59,931 bases of DNA from a virus (IMGVR_UViG_3300042294_003065:1-59931), one strand, 5' to 3'. Positions 35,901-44,457 are shown, counted from the first letter of the stretch. Translations and numbers: made by a program. Notes: generated by a model not told the origin, from the letters alone.

Positions 35901-38900
35901 GGCGTGGCCTGCCGCTTTGTCTCCAGCTCTCTCGCTGACGATTCCGTTGTACATGCGCGCCTTCTCGCTGGCGGCTTTGCGGGTCTCCCAGTCGTGGCTG
36001 ATCTTGATGTCCGGCTTCTTCCGCTCGGCATCCCGGCGCAGGACGATGCGCTCGTGGCGCTCAAGTCCCGGATTGGAGATGCGTGGCGCGGCCTTGCGGT
36101 CTTGCTTGATGAAGCGCGCCAGTTCTCTTCGGGCGTAATCCATGGTGTCCATGACCGGCGCTCCGGATGCCTGTGCTTTCTCCCAAATCCTTTTGGCGTA
36201 CGGGTTGTTGGGGAGCTTCCAGTTCTTCGCGCTGACTCCAAAACGGATCAGGCGCAGTCGCGATGCCATGAGCCGTTTCTGCGGCTCGTCCTTTTTCTTC
36301 AGGAGCCTGTTGGCGAGGTATCCGGCTCCGAGAATGCCGGCTCCGATGCCGATTTTTTGCAGGGTTCCAGTGCCGGGGTTGGGCGGGTATTTCCGCACGC
36401 GCGGGCGCTGGCTGATACCCTCGAAGAGTTCGCCCGAGTTGATGATGCGGCGCTTGATGATCCGCTCGGCTTTCTCTCCTCCGGCGGATTGCAGGAGTCC
36501 GAGGCGGGCCTGGGTGCGGTCGAAGCGGGCGCGCAGCTTCTCGGGGTCGGTCTCCTTGGACCAGATGGCGGATGCGGTGGTGTCCTTGACGGCTGCCTTG
36601 ATCGGGTTCTCGGATGGCGTGGCGAATCCTCCCTGCGGGGCCGGCTTGTTCTTGATCGGCGCGAGGATGTTCTCGGCCTTGGCGAGCCGCTCGGCGTCAT
36701 CCAGTCCATCGGTCGGGATGTTCTTCAGAGCCCGCTTCTCCAGTGCCCCGGTGTACCATGCGGCACGCTTCTTCCAGCGGGCCTGCCTTTCCTCCACGAG
36801 CTTCGGCAGCTTGGCCATCGCCTCGTTGACGATGCGGGGCTGCACTCCGCGGTCCATGGTCCTGCCGGTCCAGTTGGTCACGGGCCTGCCGAGATACTGG
36901 CGGCCGTAGGCTTGGGTGATCTCCTTGCGGGTGGCGAGTTCCTTGGCCAGGTCCCGGCGCACGGGGGTCATCGCCTCTCGGAGCTGCTCGCTGTTGCGGG
37001 TCAGCTTGGAGCTTTCCTTTTGAAACTGATCAGAAAGCGGGTCGCTGGTCGGCGCTCCGTCGCGGCGCACCTCGATGAGCTGCTGCTTCTTGGTTTTGAT
37101 CTTTGCCCCCTTGGCCTTGAGGTCCGCGAGGTTTCCCTTGATGACCGGCTCGGAGGCTTTGCGGAAGCCCTCGGTGTCCCGCCAGTCTGCCGGGTAGTGG
37201 CCGTAGCCCTGCTTGAAGGGCGGAAGCTCCTGATGCTTCTTGGCCCTCGGGGCGGCGGCGTAGTCCTCACCTTTTTTGAATTCCCCCTTGGGGTATTTCT
37301 CCATGCCGGGAAGGAGCTGGGTGGACTCGGCTCCGCGGCGGCGCTCGGGTGCCCCGCTCACACTGGGGTCGAGGATGCGCTGGCGTCCGCCGACATCCGT
37401 GACGCGGGGCGTGATCTTCTTCTCGCCTCCCTTGAAGCTGGCGAACACCGGGTCCGCCTTGCTCTGCACGGCCTGCCGGATGGCGCGGAGGTCGGCGTTC
37501 TTTTCCCATACGGAGCCGCGCAGGAGGGCACTGGCGCGCTTCTGGCTGGCTGCGGTGCGGGCCTCGCTGGGGCGGTCGAATCGGATGGTCTTCATCTTGC
37601 TGGAAAGCAGCCGTGTGATCTGCCGCGCCACCTCATCCTTGTCGCGGGCGGAGTCATTGAGCAGATCCTCCACGCCCTTGCTGGAGCCAGGGAAGAAGCG
37701 GTTCTTCGGGCGACCCACGTAGGAGCGGACATCCACGCTGCGGTCCTCGGGGTCCAGCGAGGCGTGGCTGCCCATGCGGGCCGAGCGTCCGACGACCTGC
37801 CGGATCTTGGCGTTGTTGAAGTGGGGTTCGAGGACCTGCACCATGCGGGTGCCCTTGAGGTCGAGGCCCTCCGCTCCGGAGGAGGAGACGAGCAGCGCGC
37901 GGTGCCTACCCTCGTTGTAGTCACGGACGGTCTGGTTGCGGACCTTCATGGTCTCGTTGCCGGTGAAGACGCCGTGCGGGATCTTGGCGGCGGTCAGGCG
38001 TTGCTGGAGAGGCTCGATGCCGTGCTTCAGCCAGTTGGAATAAACCAGTGCCTTGCCCTTGGGGTTCTTGAGGTGGCCTTCGAGATCGCGGAAGGCGCGG
38101 TCGATCTTGGGCTCATCCGCGCTGGAGGGATCGAGAGCGCGGGCGCTGTTGCTCACCTGCCGCGGGCCGGTCAGGTAGGGCTTGAGCCGGTCGATGTTCT
38201 CCTGGCTGATCTTCAGGCCCTTGGGGACACCGCCGAGGCTGGCTCGGTAGAGGGCGCTCTGGTGCTTGGTCATCTCCACCGGGATGGTCTGCGATGTGAC
38301 CTTGGGCAGCATGGAGGGATCGCCCTTGTGGTAGTCCACGTATTTGTTCAGCACCTTCTTCAGCTCGCCGGAATGACTGAGGCGCTCACCCCTCCAGCGG
38401 GAGAAGAAGTTCGGACGGGTGTAGCGGTTCTCGAATGCCTTGCCCTCGCGCAGGACGGGCTTGCCGGCGGCCTGGTTGACCAGTGTGCCGATGTCGGAGG
38501 GGTTGTTGAAGATCGGGGTGCCAGTGAGCAGCATCCGCTTTTGCGCAGGGCTGCCCTTAATCGCGTCCGAGAGGGCCGACTTGGGGTTACGTGCCCGGTG
38601 GGCCTCATCGACGATCAGGAGGCGGCTTTTTAGCGCACCACGGCCCTTCAGGGAGAGGGCCTGCTGGCTCATCACGTTGGCTTCAGGGCCTCCCCAGCGG
38701 GCGGTCTCCTTCCGGTAGTTCTCACGCAGGGCGGCCGGAAGGATCACGTCGGCACTTCCGCCCATGGCCTTGTGGGCTTCGATGGCAGTTCTGGTTTTCC
38801 CCGAACCGAGGCCGTGGGCCACCACGAGACCGGACTGGCTGGGGTCCTGGATGCGGCGGATGACGCGGCGCTGGTGGGGCTGGAGTTCTTCGGCAAATTG

Positions 38901-39608
38901 GATGGGCTTCGCCGCGATCTTCTTCCTCTTCGCGATCGTGCGGCGCTTGGGACCTGCGATCGGTGATCGCTTGCCTCCTGTGTCTCCGTCCGGTTCTGCG
39001 GTGCAATACATGAACTGGATGAGGGGGGCTTTGGACGAGCAGTTCCACTTCCGTAGCGAGAGCGCCTTGCGGGTCGGCTCCCCGTTGGGCTTTTCCATCG
39101 GACCCTGCATGCCGGACATCCGGGCGCAGAAAGACTTGCGGCGCTTGGCCGGCTTGGAGTCGGGATCGAGCTTCGAGGGCGGCGTGGTCACGGCCGTCTT
39201 GAGCTTGCTGCCGGGGTTCTCTCGGCGGTAGCTGGCTACGCCCTTGCGGTTGAGTCCGCCTGATTCGCTCTTGCCTTCCTTGCGCTGCCACGCTGCGGAT
39301 GCCAGCTCGATCGGCGCTGCGGCGGACTGCATGCGCTGGACCTTCACGGTGATCTTCTGCTTGCCCTGCTTGAGGGCGGCGTTTGCGCGGTGATTGCCAT
39401 CAAGGATCGAGTATTTTCCATGCCCGCGGTGCGAGACCGTCACGGTGCCCGGCATGTTTTTTGTGAACCTTGCCAGTTTCTTGATCTTCTTCTCGCTCAC
39501 CGTGCCCTGCGTGCTCACAAGGTTCTTGAGCTTGATCTTGCGCTCGGTGCCCTTGCCGATGCGGTGCATCCCTGGCTTGAGTCCTTCGACGTAGAGTGGG
39601 TTCTTCAT
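32916..39608 (-). CDS. 2230-aa polyvalent polyprotein-like gene: ParB/Srx-like, DUF6321-like, SNF2-family helicase, then basic glycine-zipper modules
   Basis: ILDGNHR; AWQRKEGK...GGLN.KG..SY...RRKSFCARM...RKWNC; helicase motifs LQPHQ, HGLGSGKT, DEAH, LTGTP, EGLDL, QVVGRSAR; about 11 linkers. Confidence 0.85.
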   Translation of the reverse strand: MKNPLYVEGLKPGMHRIGKGTERKIKLKNLVSTQGTVSEKKIKKLARFTKNMPGTVTVSHRGHGKYSILDGNHRANAALKQGKQKITVKVQRMQSAAAPIELASAAWQRKEGKSESGGLNRKGVASYRRENPGSKLKTAVTTPPSKLDPDSKPAKRRKSFCARMSGMQGPMEKPNGEPTRKALSLRKWNCSSKAPLIQFMYCTAEPDGDTGGKRSPIAGPKRRTIAKRKKIAAKPIQFAEELQPHQRRVIRRIQDPSQSGLVVAHGLGSGKTRTAIEAHKAMGGSADVILPAALRENYRKETARWGGPEANVMSQQALSLKGRGALKSRLLIVDEAHRARNPKSALSDAIKGSPAQKRMLLTGTPIFNNPSDIGTLVNQAAGKPVLREGKAFENRYTRPNFFSRWRGERLSHSGELKKVLNKYVDYHKGDPSMLPKVTSQTIPVEMTKHQSALYRASLGGVPKGLKISQENIDRLKPYLTGPRQVSNSARALDPSSADEPKIDRAFRDLEGHLKNPKGKALVYSNWLKHGIEPLQQRLTAAKIPHGVFTGNETMKVRNQTVRDYNEGRHRALLVSSSGAEGLDLKGTRMVQVLEPHFNNAKIRQVVGRSARMGSHASLDPEDRSVDVRSYVGRPKNRFFPGSSKGVEDLLNDSARDKDEVARQITRLLSSKMKTIRFDRPSEARTAASQKRASALLRGSVWEKNADLRAIRQAVQSKADPVFASFKGGEKKITPRVTDVGGRQRILDPSVSGAPERRRGAESTQLLPGMEKYPKGEFKKGEDYAAAPRAKKHQELPPFKQGYGHYPADWRDTEGFRKASEPVIKGNLADLKAKGAKIKTKKQQLIEVRRDGAPTSDPLSDQFQKESSKLTRNSEQLREAMTPVRRDLAKELATRKEITQAYGRQYLGRPVTNWTGRTMDRGVQPRIVNEAMAKLPKLVEERQARWKKRAAWYTGALEKRALKNIPTDGLDDAERLAKAENILAPIKNKPAPQGGFATPSENPIKAAVKDTTASAIWSKETDPEKLRARFDRTQARLGLLQSAGGEKAERIIKRRIINSGELFEGISQRPRVRKYPPNPGTGTLQKIGIGAGILGAGYLANRLLKKKDEPQKRLMASRLRLIRFGVSAKNWKLPNNPYAKRIWEKAQASGAPVMDTMDYARRELARFIKQDRKAAPRISNPGLERHERIVLRRDAERKKPDIKISHDWETRKAASEKARMYNGIVSERAGDKAAGHAAEVEIAKARMETAGVRASEKALREKQRNEYAIARESFIGETNAKKAEEIAGIRRGARKKIAIGIGSGLAIGGAGGYASRRPEYATEFSSKFSNFIQTSRPAEPSLVKKLLAKFKGLSTGAKVGYVTGVVAGGGVTPGTGLAGAAIGHNVEKVIKARPLWIGNKPAAWPVKQPAPRRSDIYQRKLAAKGNSIHFAEKKHLHPSIVAGLSAGATGALVAGIPTALKVGSRVGPTLKIAGKVGGTLAGLAAGSVLIGNAISGNPKPGERAAYTKRAALGGGIGGAVAGGAAGLLALKTAKGRAFMTKHADWRPITWANRSGPAGAAAIGAIGGGGYGVYQGVDEGSAVDALHGGKTKRMSSRASAIYFARGNYAAKVLAEGTAMERGLGDRLSGTFKRAVAQGGGHDQKIVAEVVRKIRPVLKQRDAIKRDLDELRVMKERGDAARQKLGKQIDEADANASRGTHKAMIGVGAASLGVIGGVYGFRKYMENRRKKAKEDQRMSSRLIPIRFAEVPLTGKLAADRYRKKIQDEDLDRRDANILRSTVAGAGLGAALRGTMPAKARALIGAGAGAATAIGVRASTAGTKDIYGDRSRGAKQAEGMPWKAAAIGAIGLTGKRGYDKLVSAKLAASKMGRRAAGLGIAGLGLYGASRLFSARQPVINFDYFDSRRWIGGETATGKEIKVNYSRRGQDIQQAYRRGTGVLKDIGGTLRGEKAVDTRGRPRKREWEKPWAKNLIAIGITGGSLLAAGKIMRGKAGFAGDSAMRGFQNRWNKGEVQSAIRKSVPKPVAEAYDKVRSFFPKTAQNAGNEASGVAGGIVGKVNKWVDSKNVGAATKAAETSKVTPFPHMTSQQKQEALNEAAAGMSPEALKTVRSATPGQLGRTEREAEIAEEAKKLTDRLLSSGAKLIQLDENTQYPDQWEHWVRNRPGVIKRNRRPKRWYEREENKGMINAAKLGAAVIGTAYIGRKFAPEAFAGLGKKAGTSLSARLDTILNS

Positions 39609-41428
39609 CAGTTCTTCGAGGATGATCCGTTGACCTTCGGCTTACTGCCGTTGCTGCTGGTGGTCTTGGGTCCGGCGACGACGGGGGCGTGGGCTCCCTC
39701 CGGGGTCAGACCGGCGTTGCGGTTGAGTTGCTCCTCCTCGGGTTCTTCCGGAATGATCTTCTCGGCCTCCGATCGGGTGGAGCCGGGGAATCCCTTGAGG
39801 ATCATCTCGACCGCCGATTCGCGGTCGATGGTGCCGTTGCCTACCTTCTCCATGATCTCGACGATGAGCTTGAGGCCCTTGTCGCCCACGGCCTGGATGC
39901 TGAGCGGTGGAGGCGGAGGCATCGGTGTGGGCGTAAGGAAGGCGGCCTTCTCCTGTGTAATCGACCCGAAGAGGCCGCGGGCCACGGTCTCCCCTGGTAG
40001 CTGAGCTTTTGCCGCTTCTTCGATGAGCTTGTTCCCCGCAGCGAAGTTGGAGGCGACGACCTCGCCAAAGGATTTTCCAGTGTGCTTGGCGACGACCTCC
40101 TCGATTTCAAGGATGCCAGCGGCGGCGAGGCTGAGATCGGCCTGGGCCTCGTGGCCCAGGTCGGCGGTGATCGGGCGGCTCCAGTGCCATGCACACTGCT
40201 TCCAGCCGGGAGTGGGCGGCAGGACGCCGAGGGAGATGCCCTGCGCGATGACCTTCTGGCGCACGCGGTTGAGGACGAGGTTTTCGAGGAGTCCCTGCCA
40301 GCTCTCGATCTTGCGCAGATCAGCCTGGATCTCCACTCGGGTATTGGCTCCGCCGAGCACGGAGATGTCCCAGAGCAGGCCATAGCTGATGCCGAGGCTG
40401 ACGCTCATCTTCCGGATGAGGGTCTGGACGAAGGCCATGAACGCTCCACTCGGGCGAGCGCTGGGGCTCATCATGGAGAAGTTCTCACCCTCGGCCAGCT
40501 TGAGCAGCTTGCCCCATTGGGCGTCCTGCGTGGGCGTGCCCTGCGCCGTCTTGCCGTCCCATGCGCCGGGGCCGTTGCCGTTGAAGGGGTCCTTGGTGCC
40601 GATCAGGGCGGCGTACTGCGCCTGCACCTTGCCGGCGATCTTCTCCGCCTCGATCCACTCGCGGATGTCCCGGATGTCGTTGAGGCAGCGCAGCAGCTTG
40701 GTGCGTCCGCGGTATTCGCCGGGCCGGTAGGGGTCGTGCAGATGGATGAAGGAGTCCATCGGGACCTCCTGCGGTTCCACGTATGATCCGTCCTTCTTGT
40801 GGCGGAAGATGCGGGCGCTCAGGATGCGGCCGGTGTTCTCGTCGATGGTGAAGCCGCCGATGTAGTTCTCCGCCTGCGTCGCCTCGGTCGGGGAGCCGAT
40901 ACGGTCAGCCTCGATGGACTGAAGGCAGTAGCCGCCGGTCGGGCTGAACTGCGGGGCGATCTCCACGAAGCCGGCGTCGCCGTCCACCATGAAGCCGTGG
41001 TAGGCCATCTGGACCATCTCGATGAAGCGGGCGCGGCCCGAGAGATCGCACATCGTCCCGCCGTCCTCCCCTCGGTCGTCGCCACACCAGGAGTGGAGGT
41101 AGCCGTCGTATGCTGCGTCGATCTGTCCGTCCCCGGTGTTGGATTTGCAGTGAAGTTTTCCCGCGACGTACAGGGTGAGGCGCTCGATGACGCCACCCAC
41201 GAAGTCCAGCTCGACAGCCTCCCGCGCATCGGCCATCGCGGTGTAGCGGTCCCGCTGCTTGCGCCATGACTCAGCTCCGGTCTGACTGACCGGCTTGGCT
41301 CTCCCGCGCCTTTCAGGATTCGGATTGTACTCGCTGAACTCCAGCAGACGCGAGCGGAAGTCCGGGTGGATCTCGGTGATGACCCTGCCGCCGGAGTCGA
41401 GCAGACGGATGAGATTGTCTTTGGCCAT
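39608..41428 (-). CDS. Portal protein, lambda family
   Basis: VDGDAG, IEADRI, FIHLHDPYRPGEYRG, EAEKIAGKV.A.YAA.I. Confidence 0.92.
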   Translation of the reverse strand: MAKDNLIRLLDSGGRVITEIHPDFRSRLLEFSEYNPNPERRGRAKPVSQTGAESWRKQRDRYTAMADAREAVELDFVGGVIERLTLYVAGKLHCKSNTGDGQIDAAYDGYLHSWCGDDRGEDGGTMCDLSGRARFIEMVQMAYHGFMVDGDAGFVEIAPQFSPTGGYCLQSIEADRIGSPTEATQAENYIGGFTIDENTGRILSARIFRHKKDGSYVEPQEVPMDSFIHLHDPYRPGEYRGRTKLLRCLNDIRDIREWIEAEKIAGKVQAQYAALIGTKDPFNGNGPGAWDGKTAQGTPTQDAQWGKLLKLAEGENFSMMSPSARPSGAFMAFVQTLIRKMSVSLGISYGLLWDISVLGGANTRVEIQADLRKIESWQGLLENLVLNRVRQKVIAQGISLGVLPPTPGWKQCAWHWSRPITADLGHEAQADLSLAAAGILEIEEVVAKHTGKSFGEVVASNFAAGNKLIEEAAKAQLPGETVARGLFGSITQEKAAFLTPTPMPPPPPLSIQAVGDKGLKLIVEIMEKVGNGTIDRESAVEMILKGFPGSTRSEAEKIIPEEPEEEQLNRNAGLTPEGAHAPVVAGPKTTSSNGSKPKVNGSSSKN

Positions 41429-41691
41429 TACTGGTTCGAGAAATCAACGACTCCGACTTGGACGTTTGGCGTGGCGCGCGGGCCGTCAGGGACAGTGTAG
41501 CCGCGCTCCCTGCGGACGAAGGCGATGGCGTTGAGCTTGTCGTTGTTTTGCGCCGTGGCCAAGGCGAACTGCTTTGTTCCCATGCCCATGGTCAAGAAGC
41601 CGTTGTCCAGCGCCTCCAGCCGTGTGATCTCGGCAAGCAGCTCCGCCTCGGTCTTCTGTCTATAGCGTAGGAGATGATCGGCGACGGCCAT
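41428..41691 (-). CDS. gpW-like head-to-tail adaptor
   Basis: Small helix-hairpin-helix protein directly upstream of the lambda-type portal. Confidence 0.6.
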   Translation of the reverse strand: MAVADHLLRYRQKTEAELLAEITRLEALDNGFLTMGMGTKQFALATAQNNDKLNAIAFVRRERGYTVPDGPRATPNVQVGVVDFSNQ

Positions 41692-41874
41692 TTGTGAAGG
41701 GGAGTATGTCAATGAGTCGCAGGGGAGCAAGCGGCAAATGGGAGGTCCGCCTTCCAATTTTTCTCGGTCGCCAATTTCTCACTTTTTAAGGTTGGTTATC
41801 CATAGGGGAATTTAGCCCGTTTCTAGTGTGGGAGGTCGTTTTTCGACCACAACAAATCCCCGCAAATCAGTATC
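41692..41874. promoter_or_regulatory. Divergent control region between the late (minus) and early (plus) arms
   Basis: AT-rich intergenic stretch at the strand switch. Confidence 0.6.
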
Positions 41875-42132
41875 ATGAAAACGAAACAACTAGACCTGTT
41901 CGCCCCCGAACCGAAGAAGGAAGTGCCCGAGTGGGCGCGACCCATGCCAAGAACCCCCAAGTGGATGAGGGAATCCGACCCCGTGCGGCCCATCGCCGCC
42001 AATGGGGTGGGTGAGTGGAGCGCCCGGAATGCGCGCCTCAATTCAAAGAAGGGCCAGGACTGCCTGATGAGGCAGGAAAGCACCGGCTCCAACTTCCGCC
42101 ACGAGCTGGCGCAGTACGACGGGGAGGCTTGA
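41875..42132 (+). CDS. Hypothetical early protein
   Basis: First plus-strand ORF; QLDLF motif. Confidence 0.55.
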   Translation: MKTKQLDLFAPEPKKEVPEWARPMPRTPKWMRESDPVRPIAANGVGEWSARNARLNSKKGQDCLMRQESTGSNFRHELAQYDGEA

Positions 42133-42341
42133 GCAGCGAAGTGAGCCGCGTGACAGGCGGTTCCATTCGCCCTTCAAACGAAGAGTGGAGGCATAACACC
42201 GGACCAAGCCTCGGTCCACAAAACAGAAAGGCCAAAGCCAATGACCACACAAAGCAGCGACAAACCGGAGCTTGATCTCGTCCTCGACGAGCCCGAGCAC
42301 ATCATCATGACCACGGAAGATGGAATCGTGGAGGTGATCGA

Positions 42342-42593
42342 ATGAGCGCCTGCAATGATCGCAGGCCAGCCCTGATAAGCCTAGAGCTGGCGATCCGACT
42401 CTTCCGCTATGAGCGCGAGAGCGGCATCCGCGAAGTGAGACAGGCCCTCAAGGGAACCGGCGAAAGGCTCCACGAGGGGCTCACAAACATCATCGAGCAC
42501 TTCCTGTCGAGCATCTCGACATGGGAGGAGCTGGATAAAGCCATCTCCATCTCTTGCCGGATGAGTTTGGACGAGTGGCTGAACAGCCTCTAG
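42342..42593 (+). CDS. Hypothetical protein
   Basis: GGAGG ribosome-binding site upstream. Confidence 0.55.
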   Translation: MSACNDRRPALISLELAIRLFRYERESGIREVRQALKGTGERLHEGLTNIIEHFLSSISTWEELDKAISISCRMSLDEWLNSL

Positions 42594-42742
42594 CCGCGCA
42601 GACGAACGCCTCTCTCCAATGGGTGAATGGGGAGAGGGGCGTGGTCTGCCTGATTACTCAGGTGAGGGGAAAACAAAACGGCACGACCCCTGTGCCAAAC
42701 CAACCGGATGCCCAACCGTTTCAAAGCGGGCAAACAAACGCA

Positions 42743-44032
42743 GTGAAAAACAAAAACCAAAACAACAACACGGCTGCAAATTTGCAGTCCAACCGCCCGA
42801 GCTACGCCGCCTTCCTGGCCAGCAAGGGAATCCAGCAACCCCGCCAGCAGCGTCCGCAGCAGATGCGGCGGCCCCAGCCCATGCAGCGCCCTCAGCCTGT
42901 CCTCTCGCCTGTGGAGCGGGGGGAGATGGAGCGCAAAGCGTGGCTCGCCAAACTGCCTCCGGGCATCAGTCATCAGTCCTACTCGTGGCTCTTTGAGGAG
43001 CCGGAGAATCCGGGTATGCGGGTGAAGCCGGTGGAAGCTCCGGTGGTGAAGTCTGCTCCGGTTGCGCCCAAGCGCGCCGAGAAGCGCCGCCACCCCCTGA
43101 GCCGGGAGGACATCGCCGAGGCGTTCGCCTTGGAGAAGGCGGAGATGACCGATGCGTATCTGGCCAGCATCGCCCGGCAGCACAGGCTGCAAGCCGAGCT
43201 GAGCAAGAAGAAGGCTGAGTTGGTGGCGCTCGGGCTGGTAAAAAAGGGCGAGGTGGTGCCGGATGCGTTCAAGCGCAACGGGGTGTTCCTCTCCTTCGAG
43301 GTGGAGCATCAGCTCCGCAAGGCCCAGAGCATCCTCCATGACGCCGGGAATAATGTGTTCCTGACCAACAAGGCCGCCTCAGACCCCACTAACCCGTGGG
43401 CCAAATGGCTGGAGACGCTGTTCACCGCGGTCTTCCGTGAGGTGGTCGAGGAGATCCGCTCGAAGCCGGCTGTCCGCCCGGATGGCGGCCGTTGGCATCT
43501 GGCCGATGTCTGGGACAGGCTCAGCGCCGCCGACAGGGCGAGGATGCTCGGAGCCAAGACCTCCATCGAGATCGAGGAAGCGCACATACTGGACACGCAC
43601 ATACTCAGCAGTAGGTCCGTTGTCCGCAAGGAGCCGGGTGTATTCACTCGTCCGCAGGCCAGCAACGACCGGGTGGTGGAGCAGGCCGAGAAGGCCCACC
43701 AGTCAGACTACGAGCGCTTCCGGGCCGGCTGGGTGGCCCCGCGCATCAGTGGGAGCCGCAGCAGCAGCAAGCCGGTCCACAAGGGCCAGGCCAAGGTGGT
43801 GACCAAGCGGGACGTGGGTGTGGTCGTGGACCCGAACATGGTCGGGAAGGTTGCCTTTGATAAGGCGGCCAACCGTCCGTATGTCAGCGCGAAGTCTGCG
43901 CGAGTGATGGACTACGCCGCCGAGAGGCTGGCGCGGAAGGGGTCGCCGTGCGCCGCAGACGGCCCTGTGGCGCGTCCTGAGCCCGTAGTGGACCTGCTGG
44001 CTCCCGCCGGCAAGAACAGGAGGGTGTGGTAA
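42743..44032 (+). CDS. Large hypothetical early protein with a Q/R/P-rich N-terminus
   Basis: GTG start; coding-like codon usage; contains a palindrome copy at 42774-42787. Confidence 0.7.
   Translation: MKNKNQNNNTAANLQSNRPSYAAFLASKGIQQPRQQRPQQMRRPQPMQRPQPVLSPVERGEMERKAWLAKLPPGISHQSYSWLFEEPENPGMRVKPVEAPVVKSAPVAPKRAEKRRHPLSREDIAEAFALEKAEMTDAYLASIARQHRLQAELSKKKAELVALGLVKKGEVVPDAFKRNGVFLSFEVEHQLRKAQSILHDAGNNVFLTNKAASDPTNPWAKWLETLFTAVFREVVEEIRSKPAVRPDGGRWHLADVWDRLSAADRARMLGAKTSIEIEEAHILDTHILSSRSVVRKEPGVFTRPQASNDRVVEQAEKAHQSDYERFRAGWVAPRISGSRSSSKPVHKGQAKVVTKRDVGVVVDPNMVGKVAFDKAANRPYVSAKSARVMDYAAERLARKGSPCAADGPVARPEPVVDLLAPAGKNRRVW
42774..42787. promoter_or_regulatory. Palindrome CTGCAAATTTGCAG
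   Basis: Read directly from the sequence. Confidence 0.7.
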
Positions 44033-44226
44033 TGGAACTCTGCGCCCAACTGCATCTCGTCCTACAGTCTATGCCGGACGAGGAAATAGCCAAGGTCTGC
44101 AACCGGCTTTTCACCAGAGGCCCCTCCGGGATCATGGCGAGCCGGTCCATCGAGATGGCCAACAAGGCCATGAACGAAGCCATCACTCAGGCCCTCCTGA
44201 TGGTGCAGGCGGAGGACGCGAAGTGA
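44026..44226 (+). CDS. Hypothetical protein
   Basis: Overlapping operon chain. Confidence 0.55.
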   Translation: MVMELCAQLHLVLQSMPDEEIAKVCNRLFTRGPSGIMASRSIEMANKAMNEAITQALLMVQAEDAK

Positions 44227-44417
44227 GCGCCCAGCAGGCCATGCTGCGCCTCATGGCGTGCGGCTTCTGCGCCAGGGATGCCTACGATCTACTGGCGGAC
44301 GCGGGGTTCGATCCGCATCCGCAAGCGGAGCCGGTGGAGATCAGTGAGAGGCGACTGTGCGCAGAAGCGCTGGAGTGGCTGGGAAAAGCGGATGGGGTGG
44401 TGGGGTTGGGTCAGTGA
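44223..44417 (+). CDS. Hypothetical protein
   Basis: GTGA overlap. Confidence 0.5.
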   Translation: MSAQQAMLRLMACGFCARDAYDLLADAGFDPHPQAEPVEISERRLCAEALEWLGKADGVVGLGQ

Positions 44418-44422
44418 AACCC

Positions 44423-44442
44423 GGACTGCAAATTTGCAGTCC
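44423..44442. promoter_or_regulatory. Perfect 20-bp palindrome GGACTGCAAATTTGCAGTCC just before an RBS
   Basis: Intergenic; followed by GAAAGGAAACAATG. Confidence 0.72.
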
Positions 44443-44457
44443 AAATGAAAGGAAACA

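Noticed and set aside
35301-38633. 1110-aa plus-strand ORF and other long antisense ORFs (for example 25531-26556 and 12223-13239)
   Set aside because: Antisense shadows of real GC3-rich minus-strand genes; no motifs or RBS.
39335-39608. ParB-like domain as a plasmid-prophage partition system binding the palindrome
   Set aside because: No HTH in the module and no parA in the window; kept only as a weak alternative.
41692-42132. CI/Cro lysogeny switch at the divergence point
   Set aside because: The flanking genes are a gpW-like gene and a hypothetical; no repressor or integrase recognised in the window, so lifestyle is undetermined.
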